A DNA stretch of 64,000 nt, from IMG/VR virus record IMGVR_UViG_3300032280_000361. One strand, 5' to 3'. Under the pieces are notes generated by a model. It was not told the DNA's origin, made no database searches, and saw only the letters and a program-made list of their open reading frames with translations. Shown in pieces: positions 39,305 through 49,600 of this stretch; position 1 is the first letter of the stretch, and each line of letters begins with the position of its first letter. A program made the translations under genes and the position numbers. Origin of the DNA: a virus (Duplodnaviria > Heunggongvirae > Uroviricota > Caudoviricetes).

Positions 39305-40318
39305 TTAAAATATATCATCCCAATTTTCTCCTTCACCTGCCTTACTATAATCAGTAGGTCTCATAGCAAAGAAATCTGTATGTGTTACTCCACCTGTAAG
39401 ATGATAAAACCAATCTAATTCAGATGCTTTCTTTTCGTTAAACTCAAAGTAGTCATCTCCACCTTTAATTGGGTTATACCCCAACTCTCCTAATTTTTCA
39501 TTAACTCTTTTTGTAATGAATTCTTTTAGGTCATTCTTTTTAAGATTCTCTAAATCACCTTGTTCAAAAATTCTATCAATGAACTTATGCTCTAAATCTC
39601 TAATGATTTCAGCTGCTTTGTAGATATCAGCTTTAGCTTCTTCTAATAATTCAGGAAATTCATTACACATATGTCTGAATAATTGACAACCCATCTTTGA
39701 GTGTAAGGATTCATCTCTAACACTCCACTTCATTTGTTGTCCAATTCCTTTTAATAGATTTCTCATTTGGAAAGAATATAGTACAGCGAATGATGAATAC
39801 AATGCTACACCTTCTGCAAATGCCGAAAATATAGCAAGTGAACGAGCAACCTCAACTCTGGCTTTGTGATTAGTATCCAAATCTTTTGGTGTCCAATCTG
39901 CGGTTGTATTCGTTAACAACTCAAATCTTTCTTTCATAACTTCATCATGCATAAAGCCTGCGAAGTCATCCAATCCTAATGTTTCATTTAAGTATGAATA
40001 CGCAACTGAATGGATTGTTTCCTGAGAACCAAATGCCATTGCCATTTGTCTAATCTCATGCTTTGGAAACCATTTGGTAACCATGCCTGTCCAATAATCC
40101 GATACGGCACATTCGGTTTGAGCAAATCCTAAAAGAATATTACCTACTAAATGTTTTTCTTCTTTTGTTAAATTTTCATTCCAATCCTTCACATCCCCTT
40201 GCATTGGTATTTCAGTATGTAACCAAAATGCCTGCATTTGTTTTAACCAACCTTCATTGTAGTAGTCTGGATATTCAAATGGTTTATAGGGGATTCTGTC
40301 CGTAAATAATTTGCTCAT
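39305..40318 (-). CDS. nrdB: class I ribonucleotide reductase beta subunit
   Basis: ETIHSVAY, EGVALYSSF, RDESLH, DFF motifs. Confidence 0.95.
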   Translation of the reverse strand: MSKLFTDRIPYKPFEYPDYYNEGWLKQMQAFWLHTEIPMQGDVKDWNENLTKEEKHLVGNILLGFAQTECAVSDYWTGMVTKWFPKHEIRQMAMAFGSQETIHSVAYSYLNETLGLDDFAGFMHDEVMKERFELLTNTTADWTPKDLDTNHKARVEVARSLAIFSAFAEGVALYSSFAVLYSFQMRNLLKGIGQQMKWSVRDESLHSKMGCQLFRHMCNEFPELLEEAKADIYKAAEIIRDLEHKFIDRIFEQGDLENLKKNDLKEFITKRVNEKLGELGYNPIKGGDDYFEFNEKKASELDWFYHLTGGVTHTDFFAMRPTDYSKAGEGENWDDIF

Positions 40319-40442
40319 AGTGTAATCTTAATTGTGTGTTTATTCAATAGGGTAAGAATAAATACATCACAATCTCTAAAAAATTTTCGGTTCTTTAGAA
40401 ATCTTTTCTATCGTTTTTTCTTTAGTTTTCTTTAGAAAAATT

Positions 40443-40760
40443 TTAATTTTCTATTTCTTCGTCTGCCTGTTCTGTAGGCTCTTCCTCATCAAAGATTGGA
40501 TATTCTGCAAATATAGTTGGAGTTATATCTACTCCTTCATCATTGGATATCTTTAAAGTTAAAATGTTTACATCGATATATTCAGCTGCTTCCAATTCAG
40601 TTAGACCAGATTGCATTAATACTTCTACAATTAAATCATAGTGATATACTATTTTAGTAGAAGTTACATCATATCCTACAATAGCATCATCTAATCCTTC
40701 TAAAATCGCCATACCGGTCGATACATCATTAATAACATTTAGTTGTTCTTGTGTTAACAT
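40443..40760 (-). CDS. acidic hypothetical protein
   Basis: GLDDAIVG...EAAEYID pattern common in phage hypotheticals. Confidence 0.6.
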   Translation of the reverse strand: MLTQEQLNVINDVSTGMAILEGLDDAIVGYDVTSTKIVYHYDLIVEVLMQSGLTELEAAEYIDVNILTLKISNDEGVDITPTIFAEYPIFDEEEPTEQADEEIEN

Positions 40761-40773
40761 ATAATATATTTTT

Positions 40774-42135
40774 TTATCCCATATTATCTACATACTTTTT
40801 ATGTAGTAGTTGTTTTTGTAATAACTCTCCATTTTTACTCTCTTTACTCGCTATAATTCCATTTGATGAATTAGCCGCATATACTTCAATGATACCTTTG
40901 TTAGTGTTCATCTTTGCAGGGAATGTTAATCCATCTGGCCCAAATCTGTTTTTCATAACATGAAATCTAGCGGTATCATTCAACTTATCAGTATCTTTTC
41001 TACTAACTGATATGATTAAATCTGCGTTCATTACTTTTGCATAACTATCCGCAATTTTATCAGCGTGAATTACATCACTTTCAATCGCACTTCTATTAGT
41101 TTGGGATGCAGTCCAAATTGGTATTTGATACTCACCTCCCATTGCTCTTAAATCAATATAGATACCACCTTGTTCCTGATAATCTGAATTGTTCTTAGAG
41201 TTAACTGATACTAATAAATCAGCGTAGTCTATAATTATTAAATCGGGCTGAAATTTGGTTGAACGAACCATATCAATGTGTGCCGCAATTGTGTTTGCAG
41301 TAATACCTTTTGGTGGATAATATTTAATCATCAATCCACCTTTTAGTTTATCTACCTTATCCTTAATCTGTTCTTTATTATCTCTTAACTCAGCTGATGG
41401 GATACCGGTAAAGATTGTATCATATCTCTGACCAACATAGTTCTGTGTAAGTTCTAATGTATAATGTAATACATTCTTACCTTGTCTAACTGCTTCCGCA
41501 CCAATGTGACAAAGAACCCAAGTCTTACCAACTCCAGATGGTGCAACGATTACTCCTAACTCACCAGGCCCTAATCCTCCATCTATTAACTCATCGATTA
41601 CATCCCAATTCGTTTTAACAGTTCTTCTATTAACCTCTTCAAAACGAACTTCTATATCTTCTTTGTAATCTAATCCTAAATCATTTGATTGTCCAACTTT
41701 AACAGCATCTCTTACTAATTTTTCAATCTTATCAAATTGTCCCGTTTGTAATAGGTCAACTGAAGTAAGAATAACATTTTTAAAGTTTTGATTTTTACAA
41801 AATGTTACGAATTCATTCTTAACCCATTCAGAATCTCCACCACTTTGTTGTGCATAAATTGCTTTTAACTGAGTGAGAACATTTTGTTGAAGTGCTTTAT
41901 CGGTGATTTTTTGTATTTCCGTTTTAAAGAAATCAGTAGTAGGAGTATTCTTATATTTGAAAAAGTATTTACGGGTTATATCAACTACCCATTTATTAGT
42001 ATCAGATTCAAAATACTTTGTTTCCAAAATATCCGAAACTTGCTCTAAAAAAGGTCTATCTGTTACTAAATTAGTTACCACTTTTGTTTGGTAACTCTGC
42101 CCGTATTTTGCTAAATTATCTACCGCTTCACTCAT
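40774..42135 (-). CDS. replicative DNA helicase (gp41/DnaB-like)
   Basis: APSGVGKT, YTLEL, IIDYADL, TASQTNR, KNRFG motifs. Confidence 0.95.
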   Translation of the reverse strand: MSEAVDNLAKYGQSYQTKVVTNLVTDRPFLEQVSDILETKYFESDTNKWVVDITRKYFFKYKNTPTTDFFKTEIQKITDKALQQNVLTQLKAIYAQQSGGDSEWVKNEFVTFCKNQNFKNVILTSVDLLQTGQFDKIEKLVRDAVKVGQSNDLGLDYKEDIEVRFEEVNRRTVKTNWDVIDELIDGGLGPGELGVIVAPSGVGKTWVLCHIGAEAVRQGKNVLHYTLELTQNYVGQRYDTIFTGIPSAELRDNKEQIKDKVDKLKGGLMIKYYPPKGITANTIAAHIDMVRSTKFQPDLIIIDYADLLVSVNSKNNSDYQEQGGIYIDLRAMGGEYQIPIWTASQTNRSAIESDVIHADKIADSYAKVMNADLIISVSRKDTDKLNDTARFHVMKNRFGPDGLTFPAKMNTNKGIIEVYAANSSNGIIASKESKNGELLQKQLLHKKYVDNMG

Positions 42136-42139
42136 ACCA

Positions 42140-42171
42140 CAAATATAAGATTAAAATTTGGTATTTCCAAA
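42140..42171 (-). promoter_or_regulatory. Bacteroidota-type sigma70 promoter abutting the helicase ATG
   Basis: TTTG-N20-TATATTTG, ending 4 nt before the ATG. Confidence 0.7.
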
Positions 42172-42174
42172 TTA

Positions 42175-43212
42175 TTATAAAACTAAATTACCGAATGATG
42201 ACCTCAGCCAATCATTAACATCTCCCCAATTTTGTAGTATCTTATATTTCATGCCAAACCCAATGAATTTCATTTTATCCAATGGTTCAACTGATTCAGT
42301 AAATCTGTCGTTTATTTTAAGTTTGGTAATCCCGCTAATATCCGGGTCTTCCAATTGCATTATTTGGAAGTTTCTTTCAATTATTTTTTTACTATCTAAA
42401 ATGGTTTGAAAAACTTTGTATTCCCCTTTTTGTTCTTCAGCTAATCTCATCAGTTCATCCACTGTCAATCTAGCATCGGTTTCCAATACAGGCAATCTTT
42501 TAAGAAGTGTTTTTAATCCACATCCTTTTACACCATCTATGTTATCGGATTTATCACCATCCATTACTCTATACCATATAAAGTTTTCTGCGTGAACTCC
42601 GTATAATTCTTTTAATTTATCCTTATCAATTTTCTGTTTCTTTAATGGATTCCAAACGTGGATATTCTCTGAAACTAATTGTAAGAAATCTTTATCAGAT
42701 GAAAGAATTAATGCTCCTTCATCTTCTTTGATAACTTGTTTAGCTAAATAACCAATTACATCATCTGCTTCTATGTTATCATAAATCATCGTAGTTACTG
42801 GCAATACACCTAAGATGTTAGCCAATGAACTCAATTGCCTTCTCAAACTTACCTGCTCATCTTCTTCACTCATCATATCATCATATTGACGATTGACTCT
42901 GAATTTAACTTTTCTATCCGCTTTGTAATTTGAGAATACTTCCTTTCTTTTTTGTGAACCCCCTTTACCATCAAATATTACTACTACTCTAGTAGGGTTC
43001 TCCTGTCGTATAACTGCTCCTAATGATTTTAGGAATCCAACCATACCACCGGTATGTTCTCCATCTTCGTTCATTGTTGGGTTTGTGCTCCAACAACGGA
43101 AGAACATATTTAAACCATCCACAAATAACACCTTAGAATTTCTAGTTCTAAGGTGTTTAGTGGTATGTTCCAAATTTACTTCATCTAATAAATTCTTGTA
43201 TTTGTTATTCAC
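42175..43212 (-). CDS. 5'-3' exonuclease / RNase H (T4 rnh-like)
   Basis: VDGLN, FDGKG, YKADR, EADD, SSDKDFLQ, GDKSDNIDG. Confidence 0.92.
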   Translation of the reverse strand: MNNKYKNLLDEVNLEHTTKHLRTRNSKVLFVDGLNMFFRCWSTNPTMNEDGEHTGGMVGFLKSLGAVIRQENPTRVVVIFDGKGGSQKRKEVFSNYKADRKVKFRVNRQYDDMMSEEDEQVSLRRQLSSLANILGVLPVTTMIYDNIEADDVIGYLAKQVIKEDEGALILSSDKDFLQLVSENIHVWNPLKKQKIDKDKLKELYGVHAENFIWYRVMDGDKSDNIDGVKGCGLKTLLKRLPVLETDARLTVDELMRLAEEQKGEYKVFQTILDSKKIIERNFQIMQLEDPDISGITKLKINDRFTESVEPLDKMKFIGFGMKYKILQNWGDVNDWLRSSFGNLVL

Positions 43213-44330
43213 TATTCTACTTCGTTTGGTAAATTTGTATCAACTTCCATTGCCTCAATATCGTATGTATCCTTTTTATATTGAAGAATAGTCGTCTCAC
43301 AAATCTTTTTATAAATTTGGTCTCTTAACTCAGGTTTTTCTTGCATCATTACAATAAAATCCTTAGATTGGAATTTAATAACTTCGCCTGAATCAGTATC
43401 TACATACTCATACCAAGCTCCGCCTTGCTTAACTAACTTATTATCTTTCAATACAGTTAACCAGCTACCATAGTTATCGATACCTCTATCGAAATAGATT
43501 TCAAAATCCGCTGAACGAAGTGGTGGACCTAACCGATTCTTAACCACTTGTGCTCTTACTGAGATTCCTACAACTTTATCTGTTCCACCAATTTTAGTTT
43601 TGATTTGTCCAACGTTCTTCAATCTTAAACGAACCGATGCGTGGAAAGCCAAAGCCTTACCACCACTCGTTGTCCAAGGGTCACCGAACATTACTCCTAA
43701 CTTTTGCCTTAATTGGTTTGTGAAGATAACTGCAATTTTCTGCCTACCAATTACATTGGTAATCTTTCTCATTGCCTTAGATATGATAATAGCTTTATCG
43801 GTTGCGTAACCGTCTTTATCATAATCCGATTCCATTTCCTTCTTAGTAGAAGCCGCCGCAACGGAATCCACAACGATTGTTACTAATCTATCTTTGTCAG
43901 ATGTTCTAACCTTTTCAATGATTGTTTCAATTGTTTCAAAGATATCCTCAACTGTATCTACACTCACATATAGAAGTTTGGATACATCTACTCCAATTGC
44001 ATCGAAGAACTCTCTACTTACCGCAGTTTCAGTATCAATCAATACTGCAACTCCACCTTGCTTTTGAGTTTCCGCTAAGATGTGAGCAGAGAGTAATGAT
44101 TTACCACTCTGCTCCAAACCTGTGATTTCAGTAATTCTACCAACAGGTATTCCACCATACGGGCGATTAGAAATAGCAACATCCATCATAGCTGCTCCGG
44201 TTGAAATCCATCCGTTTACATTGGTTGGTGCCCCATCGGAATCATCATCTAAGAAGAAGGCGATTTTTTGGTCTTTATTTTTCTTGTTCAGACTATCGAC
44301 CAGAATATCTGCTAAATCAGTTTTTGCCAT
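43212..44330 (-). CDS. recA: RecA/UvsX recombinase
   Basis: GLEQSGKS, IDTE, VVDSVAA, NQLR, TSGGKAL, VKNR. Confidence 0.93.
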   Translation of the reverse strand: MAKTDLADILVDSLNKKNKDQKIAFFLDDDSDGAPTNVNGWISTGAAMMDVAISNRPYGGIPVGRITEITGLEQSGKSLLSAHILAETQKQGGVAVLIDTETAVSREFFDAIGVDVSKLLYVSVDTVEDIFETIETIIEKVRTSDKDRLVTIVVDSVAAASTKKEMESDYDKDGYATDKAIIISKAMRKITNVIGRQKIAVIFTNQLRQKLGVMFGDPWTTSGGKALAFHASVRLRLKNVGQIKTKIGGTDKVVGISVRAQVVKNRLGPPLRSADFEIYFDRGIDNYGSWLTVLKDNKLVKQGGAWYEYVDTDSGEVIKFQSKDFIVMMQEKPELRDQIYKKICETTILQYKKDTYDIEAMEVDTNLPNEVE

Positions 44331-44345
44331 AATTATAACTTGTTA

Positions 44346-45221
44346 TTATTTGAATAAATCTTCGAACGCATCCGCAACTTGTTGAGTTGTTTTGGATACA
44401 GGAGCCGATGGTGTTTCATCCCAAGGTAACTCTTGTTGAGTAGCCTTTTGTGGAATCTCATCATCTAATTGGTGAGGTTTCGTATCGAAATCAAACGAAT
44501 CACTTACACTCTTTTCTGTTTTAGCCACAAGTGTTTCTTGTGTAGCAGATTGTGCACCTTCATCAGTTGTGTTTCCAGCTAACCAATTTTCTAAGATTTT
44601 CTTCAACTCATCATATGACAATTCTGAGTAGATAGTGGTGATTTCTTTTTCGTTACCAATCAACTCCTTAATCTTCTCATCGTTCTCATGCAACTTAGTA
44701 GTTGTAGGTTTAACTCTGATAGTAGTAGTTGGGTAAGATGCTCCACCTTCCGCTGCTGCGTAATCTACGACGATATCTCTACCACTAAAAGGGTCGGATA
44801 AATCACCGTAATCTGGGTCTGCGAAGTAACCCAATAATTCTTGATAAACTGTCTTACCGAATCCCCAAAACTTAACACCTTCACTTTCCTGACCTCTTAC
44901 GATTACGGGAACAAAAGTTCTTAATTTTGGCTCCATTTTCTTAGCTTCGCGGTAATCATCCTTTCCACCCATTCTCTTAAGTTTTTCTGCAAACTCTACG
45001 ATAGGGTCAGGTCTTCCGAATGAAGCTGGTGATAAATAGGATTTGTTGTTGATGTTGTAGTGAAAATACAATTCAATAAAAGGAATATCCTTGTTGAATT
45101 TGTAAGGTACTAAACGGATTTGGTGTTTACCAACTGTTGGCTTCCATAGTGAGTCAGCCGTTTTCTGTGTGCCCTGAAGTTTGTTCAGACGGGCTCTGAT
45201 TGCATCAATGTTTGTTGACAT
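44346..45221 (-). CDS. single-stranded DNA-binding protein (gp32-like)
   Basis: WKP..G...IRLVP, FWGFGKTVY, GRDI, acidic tail ending AFEDLFK. Confidence 0.85.
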   Translation of the reverse strand: MSTNIDAIRARLNKLQGTQKTADSLWKPTVGKHQIRLVPYKFNKDIPFIELYFHYNINNKSYLSPASFGRPDPIVEFAEKLKRMGGKDDYREAKKMEPKLRTFVPVIVRGQESEGVKFWGFGKTVYQELLGYFADPDYGDLSDPFSGRDIVVDYAAAEGGASYPTTTIRVKPTTTKLHENDEKIKELIGNEKEITTIYSELSYDELKKILENWLAGNTTDEGAQSATQETLVAKTEKSVSDSFDFDTKPHQLDDEIPQKATQQELPWDETPSAPVSKTTQQVADAFEDLFK

Positions 45222-45296
45222 GCTTTATTTGTTTTATGGTTTAAAAATTAAGTTTAAGTTTATAGATATAAATATCTACAAGTAATAAACTTAGAA

Positions 45297-45328
45297 CAAA
45301 GATACACTAATATATCGAATATTCCAAG
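45297..45328 (-). promoter_or_regulatory. Bacteroidota-type promoter for the gp32 gene run
   Basis: CTTG-N20-TATCTTTG; TATTTATA also at 45267-45274. Confidence 0.65.
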
Positions 45329-45348
45329 CTTTTTTTAATATTTTTTTA

Positions 45349-45642
45349 CTAAAATATTTCTTCTTCTAACTCTCTGAGATTCAATTCATTACACCCTTTA
45401 CTACTCTTACATTTTGTGTAAGCATCGTACAATTTCTTATGACGGTTGATTCGTTGAAGAACATACCACCCATCATCATTTGTGGTGTAAATAGATTCCC
45501 ATAGAGTTAAATTCTCTGAATATGGGTGTGGTTGATTTTGTGCCCAATTTTTGGCAGCAGTAAAACCTCGTGGGGTTGCGGGAAATTCTCCTTTAGGTGT
45601 AGGAGTAAAGAATGAGATGATTTTGTTTAAAAACTTTTTCAT
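45349..45642 (-). CDS. hypothetical protein
   Basis: ORF with both promoter types upstream (45668, 45680). Confidence 0.6.
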   Translation of the reverse strand: MKKFLNKIISFFTPTPKGEFPATPRGFTAAKNWAQNQPHPYSENLTLWESIYTTNDDGWYVLQRINRHKKLYDAYTKCKSSKGCNELNLRELEEEIF

Positions 45643-45696
45643 GAAACGGAAGGAGTTGGGATTCCCCTATAAATATATACAAATATACGAAAACAA

Positions 45697-46107
45697 TTAC
45701 TTTATCCAACCTATTTTTTTACCTTCCTTTTTTCTCTCCGCCCACTCTTCTTCAGAGCCAGGAAATCTCCATGCCCATACTATCCAAAATAACATAAATC
45801 CACCAATACCAATAAGTGCCGCAGGTTTATGCAATGTAAATAATAGAATTGTATAACTAACAATCATAGTAGTTACCATTATCCATTTTACCTTTGTTGG
45901 GTAAATACTTTTTTCTTCCCAACGAATTAAATGTGGTGAAAATGTTGGATGTGTATGTAACCAATGATTTAACTTTGGTGAACTCTTAGCAAATGCCCAT
46001 GCTGCTAATATAACGAATGTAGTCATTGGTACACCTGGAACTATTGCTCCTATGTATGCACATCCTACAAATACCAATCCTAATACTCTCCACAACCAAA
46101 CTTTCAT
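45697..46107 (-). CDS. YbaN/DUF454-family inner membrane protein
   Basis: GAIVPGVPMTTFVILAAWAFAKSSPKLNHWL. Confidence 0.85.
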   Translation of the reverse strand: MKVWLWRVLGLVFVGCAYIGAIVPGVPMTTFVILAAWAFAKSSPKLNHWLHTHPTFSPHLIRWEEKSIYPTKVKWIMVTTMIVSYTILLFTLHKPAALIGIGGFMLFWIVWAWRFPGSEEEWAERKKEGKKIGWIK

Positions 46108-46108
46108 T

Positions 46109-46282
46109 TTATTTATTTTTATTTTTAAAAAATTCTTCTACCTTCTCCTCTAAAAAATTAATTGAATCGGAATCTCCTGTCCAACCCTCATATTTGATAT
46201 AATATTCAATTAGGTTAGGATTTTCTTCTAACCTCTGTTTTAGTTCACTTAATGTAGGTATGTATATGTTTATATAAGTCAT
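46109..46282 (-). CDS. 57-aa hypothetical protein (not in ORF track)
   Basis: MTYINIYIPTLSELKQRLEENPNLIEYY...; fills the gap with TAATG coupling. Confidence 0.55.
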   Translation of the reverse strand: MTYINIYIPTLSELKQRLEENPNLIEYYIKYEGWTGDSDSINFLEEKVEEFFKNKNK

Positions 46283-46638
46283 TACTTAGCCCACTTTCCT
46301 CTGCTAACTAATTGTGCAATGATTCCATATACAGATAAATCCTGATAAGTATCATCTATTGCTTCTCCCACATTATCTTGCTTACCTAATACCACTAATT
46401 GTTTTAATCTCTGAATCTTATCATTCATTCTGAACCATAATCCCGTTTGAGATAATTTTCTTTCATCTTCGGTAACTAATGATGTTCCTACTGATATATT
46501 ACCTGGTCCGTAATTTGATTGTTTTAAACAGAAGGTTTCATATCCTTCTATCATAATCTTTTTGTATTCCGCTGTCGTTTCCGGATACTCCTGCTCTATT
46601 TGAGCCACCACTTCTGGGTTCTTATAGTTGATTGTCAT
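46282..46638 (-). CDS. DUF1599 / nucleotide-modification-associated domain 1 protein
   Basis: KQSNYG, RMNDKIQRL, DTYQDLSVYGII; promoter variant at 46658-46689. Confidence 0.75.
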   Translation of the reverse strand: MTINYKNPEVVAQIEQEYPETTAEYKKIMIEGYETFCLKQSNYGPGNISVGTSLVTEDERKLSQTGLWFRMNDKIQRLKQLVVLGKQDNVGEAIDDTYQDLSVYGIIAQLVSRGKWAK

Positions 46639-46689
46639 AACATTTGGTTTATAAGTGTAAAGATAATAAGAAAATTTTACATTTCCAAA

Positions 46690-49600
46690 TTATTTTTTAC
46701 ATTTTACTATCCAAGTTGAATAAGATACATTTATACCCGCTTTTCTCTTTCCGCTCGCATCACCTTTAATTTTGAGTTCTCCCGGATTTGGATTGAATTT
46801 AACACAGCACTTTTCATTTATACCATCCAAAACTTCCATTGAAATTCTAGTTCGTGCACCGGTACCACTTTCTACAAATCTAACATTACCAAAGTTATTT
46901 GATTTAACGTCTTCATTGAACATCATCTCAAATAACATCCCAGTCTTATTATATAATTTTAATCCTCTATCAAATTCAGCATCCATTTCCTCTTCCCCTA
47001 AACTATTTTGATATGATTTTTTAGCCTGCTGGTAAGCGGACGGTTTACCACCAATACCATTAATTGCTTTATTTTCTACATCAGAAACCATTCTTTCCGC
47101 TTGTTCAGCAGTTTTACCCTGTCCAATTAAAATTTCTATCATATGGGCTCTCTGTACTTTATAACCTTCTTCCGCTTTATCAATTGCTTCTTTTGAAGGT
47201 GGATAATCTCCATAAATAGCATGATAGCTATCCATCATTGAATCTAATACTTCTTTTGTTTTTTCATTATTAAATGTACTTCCATCAGTTTTTGAAGGGC
47301 CGGCACTTGCACCACCCTTACCCAATTTAATGCTTTCAGCATCACTATCAATAAATGAAATACTATTTGCAGAGTATTCATTTGCATAAAATTCCGCTAA
47401 TTCTTCTGGAGTTGCGTTTTCCGGTGGGGTTTTTTGTTGATTAAATGAAACTATATCAACAGTTGGGAAGTTTGATGATGAAGGTAAAAATGCCTGATTT
47501 CCTTTTCCGATTTCATTCATAAATACTAAAACTTCCGCTATATCAGGACCACCTGATGCTATATCTTTATCTCTTCTTATATTTTGTAATACATTTGTAA
47601 GTTTACCTAAATATTCTGCTGATGCTTTTTCTTTTTCCTCTGCACTCATAGAATCCCAATTCGGATTGTTTATGGGTGCGGATTTTTCTATCTCATCTAT
47701 ACTTTTAAATAAGTCTGCATATTTTTCTAAAATTTCTTCTTCAGATAATCCCGAATATTTTTTTATAGATTTTAATATACTTTTTCTAGTTTTATCTATT
47801 GTATTCTTAAGGGTCTTTTTTCTATTATCATTGGTATCAGTTGGACCATAATCCACCACTTCCATTTCACCATCTTTTGAAAGTTTATCAACCATTGTGT
47901 TTCCTCTTTCAATAGCAGCAATTACTTTCCTAGCTTCTTCGTTTGCCTCCTCTTCAGAAGAACCTTGTTTAATAAATTGTTCAACTAAATTTGTTTGTTC
48001 TACTAAAGTTTTCTTATCCGGCACTGGTCTTTTAGTATAAGTAACCCCATCTACTGTTACGCTATTTCCATTTTCGGAAACTTCAAATTTTACTTTTCTG
48101 CGTTTTTTATTCATCTTATTTGCAGTCCAATCTTTTTTATTTACATACGCACCAGTTTGGGTTCTAATAGGTAATCCATATTTATTTACCATACTATCAT
48201 TCCACTCCTCTGTTTTAGTATCATAATCCTCAACCTTTTGAGGGTCTATATTCATTTGGATTTTTTCTCTTGAATTAGAATTAAAATCTCCTTCTGTTTT
48301 AGCTATATAAAGACCAATATCATTTCCTCCTCCAACTCTAACCGCTAACCACTTACTTGCAATTTCTGAATTATTAGGGTCTACATCTTCTCCTTTAAGA
48401 ATTTTGGCAATAGTATCTTTTAATATTTCTTTAGTTGAATCATCCGCTTCAGAATTATCGATATGTTTATTAGCCTCTGATATACGCTTTTTTATAACAT
48501 CATCGCTTATTTTCAAATTAGTTCTTGCAGTTGCTACATCTACATTAGGAGTACCCTCTTCTTTAGCGTTTTGAACTTCTTTATTTGCTTCAGGTTGGTC
48601 TTTAACATCAATAGATTTAACCATTACTTCTTTACCTGAGGGAGTTTTCATAGTTAAATTTTCTTCAAATAATAAATGTATAAATTTAATATTTTCTTCT
48701 ATGAATACTTTATTAACTACACTTTCAGATTTCATATATTGAGCAGTTCCACCTTTTGTATCTGAATAGTATCCTCCGCCTAATGGATATATAACACCAC
48801 CTTCTTTTTCATTAGGTTCTTTTGGTTTAGGTAACTCTCCATCTTTAGCATCTGCTTTTTTAGCTGCAATTCCCATATCTTCCGCAAACTTATTCGCCAT
48901 TGGAATCGCATCTTTAATATCCATATCGATTACCGTTGATTTCATTGGTATCGGATTATTAGGATTCTTAGCGTTATGTGCTACAATTGCAGCCCATCTA
49001 TGATGTCCATCGATTACATACCCATCTCTACTCACATATATTGGTGCAGTAATCTTTGGATGATTAGGGTCTTTCTCCAACGCTCCCATCATACCAATTA
49101 CTTTACCACCAACTAAATCTTTCTGTGTTGCTTTTAGTTTATCAGCAGGTACTTCTGTTTGTAATACTTTGATGTTCTTCTCTTTCAACATCTCTCTGAA
49201 TACTGGCTCTGTATCTACTTCGCCATCTTTATCCGTTTCCATTCCTGCTGCTCTACTACCATCCACTGCCTTTCCTTTGAATTGAGGCATTTCTTCTCTA
49301 GGTATTCCTTTATTATCATCACAATATAAGTTGGTTCCAGGAATAGTAATATCACATAAGTTGATGTCCGGTGCAGGTTCTCCTTTAGCCTTTGCATCAT
49401 CTAACATTTTACTAATCTTACTTATATCGGTATTGAATTGGTTTAAATCGTTTGGAGAAATTCCATCTAATGCTTTACCATCTTTACTGAATGTTTCTTT
49501 ATCAGCTTTCGGCATTTCATCTGCAATTTTTTCAGGTTCAACTTTCTTAGTTTCAGTTTTTCTATCCGAACCTTTTTGCATCATCTTATCAACTAATTCA

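Noticed and set aside
33526-44330. Inteins or introns in polB, nrdA, nrdB, helicase or recA
   Set aside because: The ORFs are continuous, of ordinary length and lack splicing motifs.
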